Positions 1 through 14,285 of a stretch of DNA of 64,000 nt are shown piece after piece. A model generated the notes under the pieces. That model was given only the letters and a program-made list of their open reading frames with translations. It did not search any database and was not told the DNA's origin. The DNA is from Tubulanus polymorphus. Taxonomy: Eukaryota > Animalia > Nemertea. The position numbers and the translations under genes were made by a program. The DNA is taken from NCBI RefSeq assembly GCF_964204645.1, contig NC_134025.1:20001101-20065100 (forward strand). The letters are read 5' to 3'. Every line of letters begins with the position of its first letter. Position 1 is the first letter of the stretch.

Positions 1-455
1 TTGTACGTTTTTTTATAACCCCCCCTTGCGTACATACTTTTAGGGGTAACCCCCCCCCCAGTAAAACAGAATTTTCAGGAATAATGGTTTAAAGAAGGCA
101 AAATCCACCCTGATTCAACAGAGTTCCTGCTGACGTTGATCAATGATCTTCCATGGCGACGAAATGAAAGACTGAAAGTGGGGAATTCCCGAGATCCAAA
201 TAAAATATATTGAATGCAACAAACCCAGGGAGACCGGTTTCGCAATTAAGGCAGTGTTTGCTATACATTAAAGGAAGATAGGTTTACCCACAGACATATG
301 TTTCGTGCACAAAGTACGTACTATTAATATTAACCCTCCCCCCTTGGAAAGTATGTACGTTTTTAGCTGACCCCTCCCCTCCCCCCTGTACGCTTTTGTA
401 CGGATTTTAAGAACCCCCACCCCCTACGGACGTACGTACTTTATGCACGGCCCCT
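1..455. mobile_element. Right part of a non-autonomous DNA transposon (MITE) with C-rich/CGTAC subterminal repeats
   Basis: Ends in ...cgtacgtactttatgcacggcccc|tta. Repeated acccccc/cgtac motifs. The terminus resembles the TIR of the MITE at 57869-58046. Confidence 0.5.
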
Positions 456-1598
456 TAGACAATGATATTATCAATTAGAAATCATTAAATTATGGCCCAA
501 ACGCCCTAGCTGTTTGACCTAGATAATGAATTAATACACCTTAGTGGGCTAAGAAAGTTCCAACATTGTGCCCTTTATGCGACCACTAGCTGATATGTGA
601 CGATAAACTAAAAGAGAGGACCGAATCGAAAGGTACTAAGGAAGAGGATGGTGGATGGTAAAACGCAACCTGTCACAATCGAGATGCAGAAGAGAAAGGA
701 ATGTTAAACCAACAGGGATTGACTGGAAAACAGATAACTTAAAGGATTCTCATTGGGCGGAGGTGAAAATAAATTGTTTGTTCATTTTTTCGCCGAATTC
801 GTTTCACAGACGGGAATAGAAAAAAATAAAGTCTATTTTTATGACTTATCTTCAAATTTCGGAGGCGGCTTAACTCGGCCACAACTCGGAAAAAAGTTTT
901 CTCAGTTAAAAGCGATTTTGGCAGGTTTATTCCGATTAACAGACTAGACTTCGAATATGAGGTCCATATCATTGGTTGGTGCCGGGATCAATTCATGTAT
1001 TTGAACGGAGATTCTCTCCTCACAACAACGGACCTAACTGTTTCCTCGAGGTCCAGAAAGAACGGAACGAATTACACGACTATACTTGCAATCGGCCCCT
1101 CAGTACTAGTTGAAAGTACTAGTTTATTTCATCCCCAAATCAGATACAATACAGTTGACATGGATCATATGGTTCATTATGATAATGATATGTCTTTATT
1201 TCGTACAAAAAGTACAGACTATAGGAGAAAAAGAGAATACAAAAATACAAAAATGCACATTCAATTTGAAAAACCTATTTACATGCATAATAATTTAAGG
1301 ACATAGATTTAAAGTTACGTGCAGGCTACATGACTTAGCACATACAATAATGGTTGATTAGGTCTTTTATCTCATTTTTGTTAAATTGAAAGTCAGGGGA
1401 TGGATAAAATAGTGCATAAACCAAAGTCAAAGATATGCTGGGCTGCTTCAATATATTCAACTGTGGGTAGTGAGAGCTGGATATCAGGAATAATGGTTTA
1501 AAATAGAAATGTGTTAAATTTGTATCTACTAGAAATATGATTCAAACTGTTACTGACAGGCGAATTACTACCATAAAAAGCAAGGCTGCCACAAAAAC

Positions 1599-2900
1599 TT
1601 AATATTGGGTTATCTCAATTGATACATGATTGAAGAAATTTCCAAAATCTGCGGTGGAGTTATCAACAACTAAGGATGAATAATTTTTAGTAGAACTACC
1701 AAATACCATATAAGCGCTTTTCACAGCATTAAAAAGCAAGTCATATTCAATAGCGAAATCATCACAGGTTTCATACATTGCTTTAGCTGCGTGTTTACCA
1801 GGAGCAAGTAAGGTGACATCATCTATATAGCCACTGGCTCCAACATATTGGTTTCCGATGTAGCAGCCAATGCCAATCTTTTTACGGTCACAAAGCAAAA
1901 TGTCAATGTATATATTAAATAGTATAGGGGATAAGACTCCGCCTTGTTTTACAACATTGCTAGCATCGAATAAACTAGAATGACATCCGTTCCATGATAT
2001 ACGTGTTTTTTTGTGCTTGATACATAATACTTCTTAATGCTAATGGGCAAATACCTCGCTGATACAAAATTTTGAATCATTTTTCGAAATAAGCGCGATC
2101 AAAAGCTTTAAATGCATCTAAAAATATAGCATGGACTTTCTAGTAGTATAATAATTGACAATCTCAGTAATAGTAAAAGTGCAGTGGGTTGTGGAATGAC
2201 CCTTTTTACCACCAAACTGGAGTTCGCAGGTGTGTCAAAAATTTTCTAATTTACTCATCATATTCAGGTCATATACTTTAGAAAGACTAGAGCATTTAAG
2301 ACAATGCCGCGATAATTTTCTGAGTCCATCAAACTGTTCCTTTTATTTTTGGGAAAAGAAATTGATAGTAGTTAATAGTAAATAATCCGGAGCTTTACCA
2401 TGACGCAGTATAATCGAGAACAAAATAAATAAATGAGCAAATAATGATTGAGGAGCATTTATAATATGATTACTGCTGAGCCCTAAGTCTGTCATTTTCA
2501 TGAGGTTTAAGATTCTGTATTGCACTCGCAACATCACCCAAACAAACTGAATGACTCTTCTGACAAAGACCTTCACAACATGTACTACTGACATCACTTA
2601 TTATATCTTCAGTTAATTTCACAAACGCAGCTTAATAATAGCCTACGCTACTATATATATTTTCAAACTTATCTTTGATTAATTTACAAATATTATCGGT
2701 TCCACAAACATTGTCAACTTTGACAGGAAAAAACTATTGAGCTTATTACGCTTGGATTTACTAATTTCTTTGTAAATTGTTGAGATAACTGCTCATTTTT
2801 TTTTATTTTGCTAGATTAAAGGCTTTACGGCGTTTAGAAAAAAAACTCTATGATGTTTGATAGCTTTATGATAGGTTCGTCTCGTATCGCAGCGAATCTC
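1599..2900 (-). mobile_element. Degraded non-LTR retrotransposon (CR1/L2-like) reverse transcriptase fragment
   Basis: ORF 1599-1898 has GCYIGNQYVGASGYIDDVTLLAP...FNAVKS (YADD region). Upstream frames give QFGGKKGHSTTHC, FLDAFKAFDR and VKQGGVLSPILFNIYID, with stops and frameshifts. Confidence 0.85.
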
Positions 2901-5425
2901 ACAATTGGCCCAACTGTAGAATGCGGATGGACGAATCACATATTTGTATTCATGTGCGGCTGACTACTTGGATGACTGGACGATTGGATGACTGGCCGTC
3001 TGGTCAACTGGACGTATCGGCCCCACTCCGCGCGGGTGCGCCACCGTGCGATATTTACGCGAAGCAGCTAACACAAACATGGCCACTCTCTCAATTTTCA
3101 ATGATAGAAATCGTGTGTGCATTTCAATTATTTCGGCTGTTAGGGTTTTAAGGCACAATATAAGTTGATGATATGATATGGCGATGTTAATTAATGATAA
3201 TTCTGAGGTGAAGCTAGTCACGAACGGTGCCGATTGAGTGTACAGCTGCCAAAAACACTGAAATGTGCGTAGTTGCTTAACTATTTGCAGTGAATTGCAG
3301 ACGAAACATGAAGCCTTAACGGCCGTTTAAAAAAAAATTATACCAATCGCAATAGTAAAATAATAATGAGATAGAACCTAAGTTAAAATTCTGGCCATTT
3401 CTAAAATGTTATTACTAATTTTTAGTCAGTGCGGAACGTTTAGTTTTCCAACAATAATGAGGGGTGGTAGGTAGTCATGCAATTCAAGTCATCATTTTTT
3501 ACACGTTACTTCCGTGTTGTTGAAAATCTCGCGAGTCCTGGACCAAACCCCATTGAACAATGTGATCTGTGTGCTGGCCACAAATGCACACAGATCACAC
3601 TACCCTACCCATTACACTTTAGTACCCACAGCTTTCATATATCCATCCAAATATTTAGTGTCTTTCTTCCTGGATGACTTATGACACGTCTGTATGACCG
3701 GCCGACTGGTCGACTGGAAACTGGATAACTCAACTCACAGCTATATTCATACATGATATATCCATGCGGTTTGTACTCAGTTTAACAATGCGTTGAACTG
3801 CACTGCTGACGGATTCCACAAAACACGCAATAGGACATTTTGCTCCGCCGACTGATCATTGATCGTTTGAATCGGAATTTTTTTGACGCCTTATAAAACG
3901 TTACCATTATGAAACCTAAACAATGTTAACCATTCAGCGTCATTTTACAAACGACAACCGTAAATCGATGTGCAAAACGTCACAGGTTTATGTGTACACA
4001 TACAAGCTATTTGGCAAAATATTATTGATAAAGATGTAGAATGGCTCCCTGTGATTATATAATGACCTCTATTTGAACGTCGAAATGTTATATTGCATTG
4101 AATATCATGATAAGAGGTATTGTAATAGTAAAGGATGTATGATTATATCAGGAGCGGCAGACATAAATAGAAATGATAAGTAAATCGGATTATTCGGTTA
4201 AATGGCGGATGTATACACGATTTGGAAGTCTGATATAAAAGTCAGACCCTGACATGGGGATGCTAGTGGAATGACGAAGCTATCTACGATCTGAGTAGGG
4301 CCGGCGTGAATTTCATCGGCGGCTACAAGCGGTCTATATAAAAACATGTAAACAAATAATTTCAATATTCAAATGTTTTAGAAAATATGTTCGATATTAG
4401 GGGTATGCAGGTTTCATGAGATTAGCAATCTATAATAGCATAGCTGTCATATACGGCTCCGCGTCCACTGATGGCATAATACTTTATCGATCCTTATTAC
4501 ATTGAAATTCCGGGATGAAATTCCCTAATTCAATAAAGTTACAAATTTTAGAATAAGAAAATACAAAATACAAGACACATGGGTTATTCATACAAAATAA
4601 CATGAATAAGTTATTTAAATGACGATGTCTACTTCAACCCAGACTCTAGTCTAGGATATCGAGTGACAGCCAAACCGGGCCCTGGGACCGGGCCGGCTGG
4701 CTACTCGAAGTCATGATGAAGCAGACATCAGAAGAGCTCTTTCTTCAACCATGGAGGCAATGAAGTTGCAGACCAGCTTAGAGCAAAAGTGAATCGAAGT
4801 CGGTCACAAGTTGACAATTTTTTTTTTAATTAGACCAGTCGAAGACTGTATCATCTACCCAATCGCCAAATCTCATAATTCCCCAAATTTCTTAAAACTT
4901 CGATTTCAAATTTGCAATTCCACATTAGCTTATCCCAGAAATTCTACATTTTTTCGCAGGCGTCAAATAATTTATTAAAGTTAATTTTCTTGTTTCTAAG
5001 TCATTCGAACGAATATCTATTTTCGAGCCAAAATGGAAAGAAAGATTCTAATCTAGTTAACATATATCATATGATTATCGTGGCCATCGATGACCAGAAG
5101 GAAACTAATAATTCTATACATCGTAAATACGTTTATTTCAAAAAAAAATCGGAATGATTTATAATCTGATATATAATTTGAATTGAAAATACGGTAAATT
5201 TAGGTACTTATGATTCCAAAATGATTAACAAAATATAAGAAATACAAAAATTATTCTCACCGAGTTTATGGAATTTAATTCTATTCCGATTTCTGATGGT
5301 TCTTACAACGCTCGGACTACTAATACTAATGCTTTGGAGCAAAGACAGAGACCACTAATAAATCATTTAACATAAAGGACAGCATATATTCTAAATCTTA
5401 TATACATATACACTGTAGGTTAAAA

Positions 5426-5443
5426 CATGGACACGAGTCCATG
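5426..5443. mobile_element. 18-bp CATGGAC..GTCCATG mini-element/footprint with 7-bp TSD
   Basis: gttaaaa|catggacacgagtccatg|gttaaaa. Confidence 0.7.
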
Positions 5444-7104
5444 GTTAAAATGAAAACTGACCTCTGCCTCAAAATTTAAAAAAAAAACACAAGAAGGGGA
5501 CGTCGGGATTATAGTATAAGGATAATATATATAGGACAATTATTGTTGACAAGAGTGACAGCTAGAGTGAGGGTGGCAACCTGTCAACAACTTAATAATA
5601 TGGATGTTATTTCATCTGCCTTTTACTGCCACTGTATTTTGTTTAGGTCTGGACCCTGCTTTCCAATATTTTTTTCAAAGTTAGAGCGAAACTTGCCGCG
5701 GGAAGTAATACCGTATGTAGGGCGTTACTTGCTGTAGAGTGCGTCACCTTCGAGGATCTATTTTCATGGAACTACTTTTAGTTCCATATTACTGCGCTTT
5801 CATATTTCAGCTAGCACATTGATACATTTCTAAATTCCCCGCTTAACTCAAAAAAGTAACTCTATTCATTGAACTATAATGCCGTATATCGGACGAAAAC
5901 TATATACAGAGATTAAGCAAGAATAAGTTAAATAGAATCCTAAGATATTACTCCATAATTTCTTCTATCTTTAAGGAGATATCCGTTTTAGGTAGCCAAA
6001 ACCATTGAAGAAGAAAATACTTTCTAAAGAAATATTTCATCCCCGTTAATGTTTTTATCAATATGTCCTACAAGATACTAAGGTAATTTAATGTGTGGAG
6101 ATACCGTGGAAATATCCTGTTATACTCAATCCTGTCCTCTGTAGTTGTTTGATTCATTACTCATTTATCAAACTACTGCAAATTGACAACTCGCAATGAC
6201 CTCTCTACCCAAGTATTGATTTTGATTGGTGATAATGATTGTTTGGCGATTGATATACTGCAACTTTTAGGAGACATGTAATCTCATGATTTACGGATGA
6301 ACGCTACCATGGATACTAAACCTTCTCTCCGGCTTGATTTTATTGAGTCCATAAAAGTTGAACAAAATGTTCCGTACTTTATTTACATCAGCTAACCTAA
6401 TATCGCCGAGTTCCGACGTTTGTCAGAGCTTTGCACTTATTTCAACATGAATCTCGACATAAATCCTGTTCTCGTTCTCATTAGTACCAGTCAGGCCCGT
6501 AGCGGGGGTCAAAGTCTAATAGAGGCCGCTTTAGAAAAAATGAATTTTCAAAAGTCGAAGAACTTCCTTGGCTTTCCCTCTGTGCTCCGAGTCAGGCCTC
6601 CCGGTACAGAGGACTGGTATCGAATTCCAGTGAACTTAAGAATAAAGGAGTTTCCAGTTTCTAGAAACTAGATACTTCTTTATTGCAATCGCTTTGCCGT
6701 CACAACTCGACATCTTGACCTCGAGTCCGCATTTGACGAACACGAACTAACCCATAAAACCAGTCACGCTGTATGGTCCAGCCAGTAGCCCCTTCAAAAC
6801 ATTTTGAATGTCTCTAATCTGTACAAATCAAATTAATCAAATATCATTAGATGGGACCCTGAAACAAGCCATGTACGTACATAATCTATATGTATACTAA
6901 ATTTCTTTATCGTCGAAAACTCGTTATTTTCACACATATGTGCGTACAACATTACTACAAGAGATTTCTAATCTTGATAATGAAATTGATCAAATGAAGC
7001 AATGGTGCGATAAGATAATGCCGGGTGCTTGTTCTCACCATATCGCGTTCACAACGTCGCTAACGCATGTATATACATTTGCGAATACGTAACTGTGAAA
7101 ATCA

Positions 7105-8044
7105 ATGACAAAAATAATGCGGACTGAATTACAGATACTTGCGTTCTTATTTTTGGCTGAGTCTTCTGCGCTAGAATGGAATGATTGTGGTAATATATAT
7201 ATATATATGTATTGTAAAAAAGACAATGTTCCGAATTTTTAGATTGAGAATACCGAAAATGTTTTCGATATAAGCAAAACGCTCGTATTATCATAACATA
7301 TCTAAAAACCTTTATTATCATGAAAAACGACGGCAATTCTAACAAGATTGTTATAGGCATTTTTGACGGATGAGCGCGTTCTATTTTTCCAGGAGGTAGC
7401 GAAGTTGATGTTCGTAGGTTGAGCCTGACACCGCCTGTACCCACATTTCCTGGCGAGGCGTACCTGGCTTATACAGCTGACGTAAAAAAAGACATCATTG
7501 ACGCCAAACTTGAATTGTCGATTAAAAAGAAAGCATTTTTTCTCTGGATACCTATTCCATGCGTGTCAATTGGTGAAATACCACTCGGTTCATGGTAATG
7601 TCAACGGGTAATGCGATTGGGTTTACAGATACTGGAAACAAATTAATTATCATCTTGTTTATTCCAGTTCCTACGACATTTGTGACACGATTACTCATCA
7701 TGGCAACATTATCTGCCCAATATTAGCCGAAATGTCAATTCCATGCTCATGCCCCCTAGTGACCGGTCAGTACAAAGCCGATAGGGCAGTCGTCAGATTA
7801 CCAAAAGTTCCAACAGGTTTGGGCTTTCTCACGTCGGTAAGTGTAAAATATCATCACATTCTGCCAATATCCTGTTCAATGTTAAATCGTGTCTAGACAT
7901 TCTATAGCCCACATCTGGAATTTCGATCGTGCGTCAGCATTTCTTATTTTCATTCAACAGGGGACTTACTATATCGAGGCAAAGGCAAAGGTGGGGAACG
8001 AGCAGATCCTATGTCTCGACGTGACAGTTGAGGTTCAAGCGTGA
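7105..8044 (+). CDS. GM2 ganglioside activator-like / ML (MD-2-related lipid recognition) domain protein; exons 7105-7189, 7393-7594, 7668-7836, 7961-8044
   Basis: Manual splicing gives signal peptide MTKIMRTELQILAFLFLAESSA, then LEWNDCG..LSLTPPVPTFPG..WIPIPCV..GSCSYDIC..IPCSCPL..GTYYIEAK..ILCLDVTVEVQA*. All introns are GT-AG and the frame is intact. Motifs match the GM2A/ML family. Confidence 0.9.
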
Positions 8045-9174
8045 ATACGTTAACAAAAAAAAATGGAAATGGAAATGTAATATGTTCAAAGTGGGATATA
8101 CATGTTCCTTTCGAGTGTGGGCACAATATAAAAGATGTATATGTATTTTACGGTTTACTTATCTTAACATCTTGGAGATTGGCCAATCTTATTCGAAAAA
8201 AATCTTACGATCAATCTGTGATTCTAGAAACGTATTGTTTATTGATAGCGTATTACAGCGTTTAACAAGCGCGCACGCTCAAACACTTCTTAAGTTAAAT
8301 CACATTTTAAACACGCACACCACTTATTTCAAAGTTCATCTTTTTAGTGATCCAAGACGAGATTTTTAGATTACGTCAGATTACGTGCCGACTAAGAAAA
8401 GTAAAGACTTTTTGACAAATTAAAACAAATGAAAGCTCTCAGTTGACAGTAGCGAACTTTCAAAATAAGCCGAAGCCCATTCTTTTAACTCATTTGATTA
8501 AGAAAGATGTGATAACAAGATTAAATATTTGTTTTCTCGCTTTGAATGTATCTGTGTGTTTTTCTGAAAAAGAGGTCTATTACCCTTTATTGTCGACGTC
8601 ATGTCATGTAGGAAAATACGGTTTCTCATTTACATTTGACTCCTTGCTCGTAAGATACTGCATATATAAACACGTGGTTATGTAATTTTTGATAACTGAC
8701 ATAATCGACAAACTCTTTTTCGGGTCTCTTATAACTTAGGATAACCCTATAGAAGCTCTAATGCCTATAGTTGTTGTCCCTGCAACTATCATTTCATATC
8801 GAACCGTCGCACCAAAATTGACAGATTATTTGCTAAGTTATTCGATAAACTAACGCCGTCTATATCATTGATAGTTGTAGCAAGACGATGTATACTTCGG
8901 TGGATAGGTATCCTCGTGATATTCGCATGTATCTACGGCAATGATGACACGTATACGATAAATAAAACAAACATCGAGGCAATGTGGGAAGCAATTGCCG
9001 CGTAGGGACTATAGTTTTCTCTTTAAACAGCATATTGGGTTGCTTTCTACATAGTTCTTGGACCTCGCCCGGCAAAGAACATCTTCAGTAAGGTGTACCC
9101 GGTGTACAGGCACAAGTTATTCAAGTTCCCCAGCATGGTCTCCACACGTACGAGAGTTCGCATACAGCATTATC

Positions 9175-9446
9175 AAGGGTGGATCGAGGGGGATTTCAGG
9201 GTGTCTGGAATTTCCCCCTGAAAAAAATCGATTTCCTTTTAAAACTGTTATTCCACATGATTCTGAAAAAAATATCAGCTGTAACAACGTCACTGAGTGT
9301 TAGATTTCACTGGTAAAATGCAGGAAAATGCATTTGGTGGCTTCTATTTTTCATGGAAAAAAGAATTGGTGCTTCGCTCTTGCTACAATGCTGATTTATT
9401 TCCACCTTGGAATCCCCTCTCGTGTCTTATCCTGGATCCGCCCTTG
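9175..9446. mobile_element. hAT-like MITE (CAAGGGTGGATC...GATCCGCCCTTG)
   Basis: Imperfect terminal inverted repeats. Related CAGGG-type ends occur at about 10076-10210, 20199-20457, 44209, 46887 and 53310. Confidence 0.55.
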
Positions 9447-10075
9447 CTGATCATAATTCTTACACATCCTGTAATGCCCCTACTAAATTCATGGCCAATG
9501 TATCGAAAAGTTTGTTGAAGTCCTTGGCTTAAAACACTATTTCTGTTTTTCGCCGTTTTTTATAGCAATGATTTGATATCGCCTATGAGCGCATGAGTAC
9601 TTCAGTCGTGAAAAGAGTGCGAAACTGGTTGCCCTTTCGGTGACGTTAGGGTCGTCGAAACACAATCGTATAAGTTATGTAAGCTTCTATGTTAGTCTCA
9701 TCGTTTTAATGAAAACGAAATAGCCCTCCCTATCATTACCGTTTGTTTCTACTAACAACTGTCAACGCATGAAGAATTTAATAACCGATAATGAGAGCGC
9801 AATTTTCATATGAAGTGCAGGCACGATATGCCTAATTAAATAATTTTTAGAGAAATGAAATGGGTGTTCCAATAATTTCGTTTTGCGATAATCTCTTTAA
9901 TCCAGAATTCATGAATTCAAATACATATGTCTCGGTTCGTGTGCGTGGGCGGATGTATCTCTCACATCATATATGCCTCAATTTACAAATAAAAGAAATC
10001 TGTAGACCTAATTTTCTCTCTGAATAGCCCATGTCTTATGGCGTATGTGTCTTGTTCGGTAAACTTCCAATATTT

Positions 10076-10210
10076 CAGGGCCGTACCCAGCGGGGCAGAG
10101 GATTTTGGACAAGTGCCCTTTTTTCAAATATTATTGCTATATCCGATAGAACTACCCTTTCTGGGTTACTCGCCCCCCTTGAAGAAATTCGAATGCCAAG
10201 TGCGGCCCTG
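10076..10210. mobile_element. hAT-like MITE (CAGGGCCGTAC...GTGCGGCCCTG)
   Basis: 11-bp imperfect TIRs; interior similar to other copies at about 20200-20460, 21090-21360 and 53180-53310. Confidence 0.55.
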
Positions 10211-12341
10211 ATATTGTGATGTATCTAGACAATCAAGTATCAAAACGCCTGCGTTGAAAATGATTACCATTGAAACAAGTTAAACAATGCATCTCGACGT
10301 GGTAAATCCTACCAACTGCAGTTGATACAAAGGTCGGCGAATCGTTCTTTCACAAGGGGATTTACCAAATTTGACAAAGAGCATTTCAGCAGATCTAATC
10401 CTTCACGTATGAAGCTTTACGATAACATGGATTCAATTAGCGAATATTAGACAGTCGTATCAACAGTGTGTCTAGAAAATCTGATAATTACCGTTCAACT
10501 CACTTCCCGAGTTAGAAAATAGGACAAAATACTATCTATTAACAGTGTACATGAAAACGTACTGAAATGCAGGAACCGTGTTAAAAGGCCATTGTAATCG
10601 CTTTTATTCTGAATTTGAAATTGAAATGAAATCGTGTCGAAATTTCCGAGTCGGAATCTCGAGATTTGAAATTTCGAGATTACCATTTCCAAGCAGTGTG
10701 CGTGTTTGTGTGTTGCAAAAGTTACTGTTTAAATCTTTCTAATACATCGACATCGATATTTTCTATGATTTCTTTTTGGCAGTCAATCCCGTGTTTATAA
10801 AACATTTTCATTCGCATTCTTCTATACGTGACCAAACGGTCGAACAGTTTGTTCAACTACCAAATTATTCCTGCATATACCATATACTCTGCGGATAGCG
10901 CTGTATAATTACCTAACGGTTGAATATTGTCATCACTTCATACATGACGTCCTCGCATCTATTTATGAATGAAATTGACCGTATATCTGCACCCATGATG
11001 CAAGTGCCTGGTTTGCGGTAAGGCCACCGGAGACCCGATATACGTAGCGATTTACGGTACCTTACTCAGCCCTCCATCGCGTATACTGTGGTAAACATAG
11101 AAATCAGTTCGTATACAATTGATATATCAATCCGCCGCATAGACCATCTGATATTCGATACTATATCACCTTTCGTGCAAATTGTGATCGTGTCAAGATT
11201 TCACTTGTGTTCTGGGTCTCACCCTGACACTTTTATATTTTTGGAAAATAAACAAGCAAATGCCAGTCATTCTAAAAAACAACTCGTTTAAATGGTGATT
11301 TGAAGGACAATGTCGTAGGAAAAAGATAGTTGGAATCCGCTCGTGAAAACCAGCCTTAAATGAAAGGGTACCATTCTGATTGATCAATGGCAGATTTCAG
11401 CAGCCTCACCACTATTTCATAGGTACTTTAGAAAAAACTACGTTTTGATGTTAACCTGCATCCTACAATGCAAATCACTGAATGATGCTTCCTCCCATGT
11501 TTACGATATTCTTAATCAGCAACGCTTTTACTTTCACAAAAGTAACTTTTATTCCACAAGACACTTATTTACTCTTAGCAGCTGGTCTGGAAACCATATA
11601 CATGAATTAACTAATACCACTCAAAGATTAAAGAAATAAATTTTTATTTTCCTATTTTCAATTCGATATTAAATGCCCATAAAAATACTTAGGATTGTTA
11701 AGTTTTTTTAATTGAGTTCGTTTAATTGAGTCCCCTAGGAAAACCAAAACTACTTAAATTCGCACGGTTTTTCTCTCAAGGACAAAAAGATTAGTAGGAG
11801 TGTCACGCATGATGTTAGACGCCGTTCTTCATGAGATTCACCATCTTAATTTCTAAAACCATCAACTGGTATAACGCCGTGAAAAATGCGTGTGACTGGT
11901 TAAATTGTCGTGAAACGCCAACAAGTTCTAGTCACGAATTAATGTAAACGATATTTTCCACGCAATCTCTGAGGGCCAGCCTGCATGCAGCCGATGTGAT
12001 ATATTTCCATGTGGGACAATAAAAAGCTCTACCTCATTTTTATATAATACTGAAGAATTCGACATACAGATATATATCGATGACTAGATTCGGAAAGTTC
12101 CATGTTTTCGGGTTTCATTTCGTTTTTCACTTTTCATGGTTTTGGGATAATTTAACACAACGCCAACACACGACTACACGCCAAATTCAAAAAGTATTTA
12201 CGTCCGCGATAAAAAATAAAGTTCACTGGTACACGAAATTTTTTTGTTTACTTAAAAACATGGAATGATCATCAGCAGGAAATGCACTTGCGCAAATATT
12301 GAACTGCTAGAAACTTTCTGCTTTCATTCACCGGCGTCGTT

Positions 12342-12719
12342 TCACCGGCGATCCGATGGCGGGAACAAGAAGTCGTACATTTCGTCTCGACGATCGGTTG
12401 CCGCCGAATTCGTTCTTCTCTTTATTAGTAAATTCTTAACGTAGGTCGTCAGAAAGCGATCGGAACATATTTCCGGGCCATTGTCGACCATAACCGGCGT
12501 GTTGATGGCACACTCTGCGCAACACAAGTTCATGTCGTAGGTTTTGTGTCCGAATGCAATTGCGCATCGCATACACCCGAGAAGACAAGATTTGCGTATC
12601 ATAGTGACGTCACAGGAGCCCGCAGACAACTTGTAGGAGGATTCCGCGGTGTGGCACACAGCGAGTAACAGGAAAATCGTGGCGCCAGTGGCACATATAA
12701 AACATGTAAGTCGTGTCAT
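12342..12719 (-). CDS. Eclosion hormone-like cysteine-rich neuropeptide precursor (125 aa)
   Basis: ATG follows directly after a ttgcag acceptor. Hydrophobic signal peptide. Mature region C-x8-C-x3-C-x2-C-x13-CC-x2-C-x14-C resembles the EH core C-x3-C-x2-C-x12-C-x3-C-x10-C. KRR and RR cleavage sites in the C-terminal part. Confidence 0.75.
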   Translation of the reverse strand: MTRLTCFICATGATIFLLLAVCHTAESSYKLSAGSCDVTMIRKSCLLGCMRCAIAFGHKTYDMNLCCAECAINTPVMVDNGPEICSDRFLTTYVKNLLIKRRTNSAATDRRDEMYDFLFPPSDRR

Positions 12720-14094
12720 CTGCAAATATACCGAAAAGGAAACATGAAATTAAGCGCATGTTACATTATTCATGACATTAAAATTCGCTACAACTTCCTT
12801 TCATAAAAGAAGGGTGGTCGTGAGTGGCAATGTCATTGAACGAGTCTTCTCGACTTTTTGCGCCGCTTTTTTCGTCTCCATTTTATGACACAACAACTCA
12901 TTAATGTAAAAATCAAAAAGTATTGTGAAAACGAGTCGATAAAGGGCTCGGTCAATTTAGGAGTGCGCTACTAAATAAATCTGTAACCATTACGTTAATG
13001 ATAGTTCTTCCGTTAGGTGCCGGAAGGTGGCACCCGTGATATCCGGTATACGGGGCTTCGCATTTGTTAAACAAATGTTGCGATCGTCTGTTAATTCATC
13101 GCATAACTTTAAAGACTCCGATATCATGGATGTAATCCTTTTAATGCTGAATAAATAATACGAAGTACCTAACAAGCAAACAGTCAGCAGATTATAACGC
13201 AGACGAAATACGTATAATACGATGGGCAACAAGGGACATTGCCCTAAATGTTTGACGTAGTAATCGAATTTTGATTAGGATGCATAATAATATGTGTATA
13301 TTATATCGTATGCATCAGCTGCGTAGGATTTTATTACTTCAACCAACATATTGCTGTTTCGATCGGTAGACGCAAAGTGCACGTGCTACGAACTCTAACC
13401 AGTTACACTTGACTGACGTGTAATAATCAATGTTTAGTGTTGACTTATCACTTATTATCGAAACTTATATCGCCTGTTTAGATCGACAAAGTACCGATAA
13501 GTTCTCGTCGACCATTACTACTGACGTGTTTAAACAGCAATAATTACAGGGTGCCGCTGTTTTGAATGGAATGGTTAAATTAACGTTGAGTCTCGCTAAA
13601 TGTTGCCAACCATCAGGCTTTTAAAGTATTCCGTTAATAAGCCAGTTTCTTCGAGTTGTTTTACTTTCTTTCACACGTTCGGGAGTCACGTACAGCAAAT
13701 ATCACAGTTTGTCCCACTAAACACCGGGGAATATATCGGTGAATATAACTTGCGATATCTATTCACGCAGAACGGTTGAGATACAAAAACAAATCAGATG
13801 TAGAGTTTATTACTTAAATTGATCTTCCAGATTAATCTCACGCGGAAAAGGTGAAACTATTCTTTACATCTAGTTGAATTGTGATACGTACGCGCGTGCA
13901 AGCATCCTTCATATTTGGATGGATGAAGGTGTCAACAATATCGTAAATTGCTAAGGAATTGCAGGAATTCACTACCTCTGATTGTGGTACCACAAACTTG
14001 ATCTTATTGGCCTCACTTTGTATTGTGGCTTTTCCTCCAGGCTATCAAATATGATTGCAATTATAGAATAATAGGCGCTCCCAGAATTCTTATC

Positions 14095-14285
14095 ATATGA
14101 CTAGAAATGATACCTTGTTTTTCATAATCGGTCAGGTCATTTTTGTACACCGCAATAAGATTTATAATCAGTTCATATCTATAGCTGCCGAGCTTGATCA
14201 CAATTTAAAAAGATAGGCAGGCGGCCAGGTCTTTCTTTTAGCTCAGCAGAAATGAGAAACAATGTATCAATTTCTTAGCCTAAAA
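14095..14285. repeat. Dispersed repeat, second copy at about 45925-46325
   Basis: Shared aaatgataccttgttt..aatcagttc..tatagctg..atttaaaaa..agctcagcaRaaatgagaaRcaatg..ttagcc. Confidence 0.7.

Noticed and set aside
739-1306. Short ORFs near the window start
   Set aside because: No recognisable motifs or consistent splice structure; expected by chance in AT-rich DNA.
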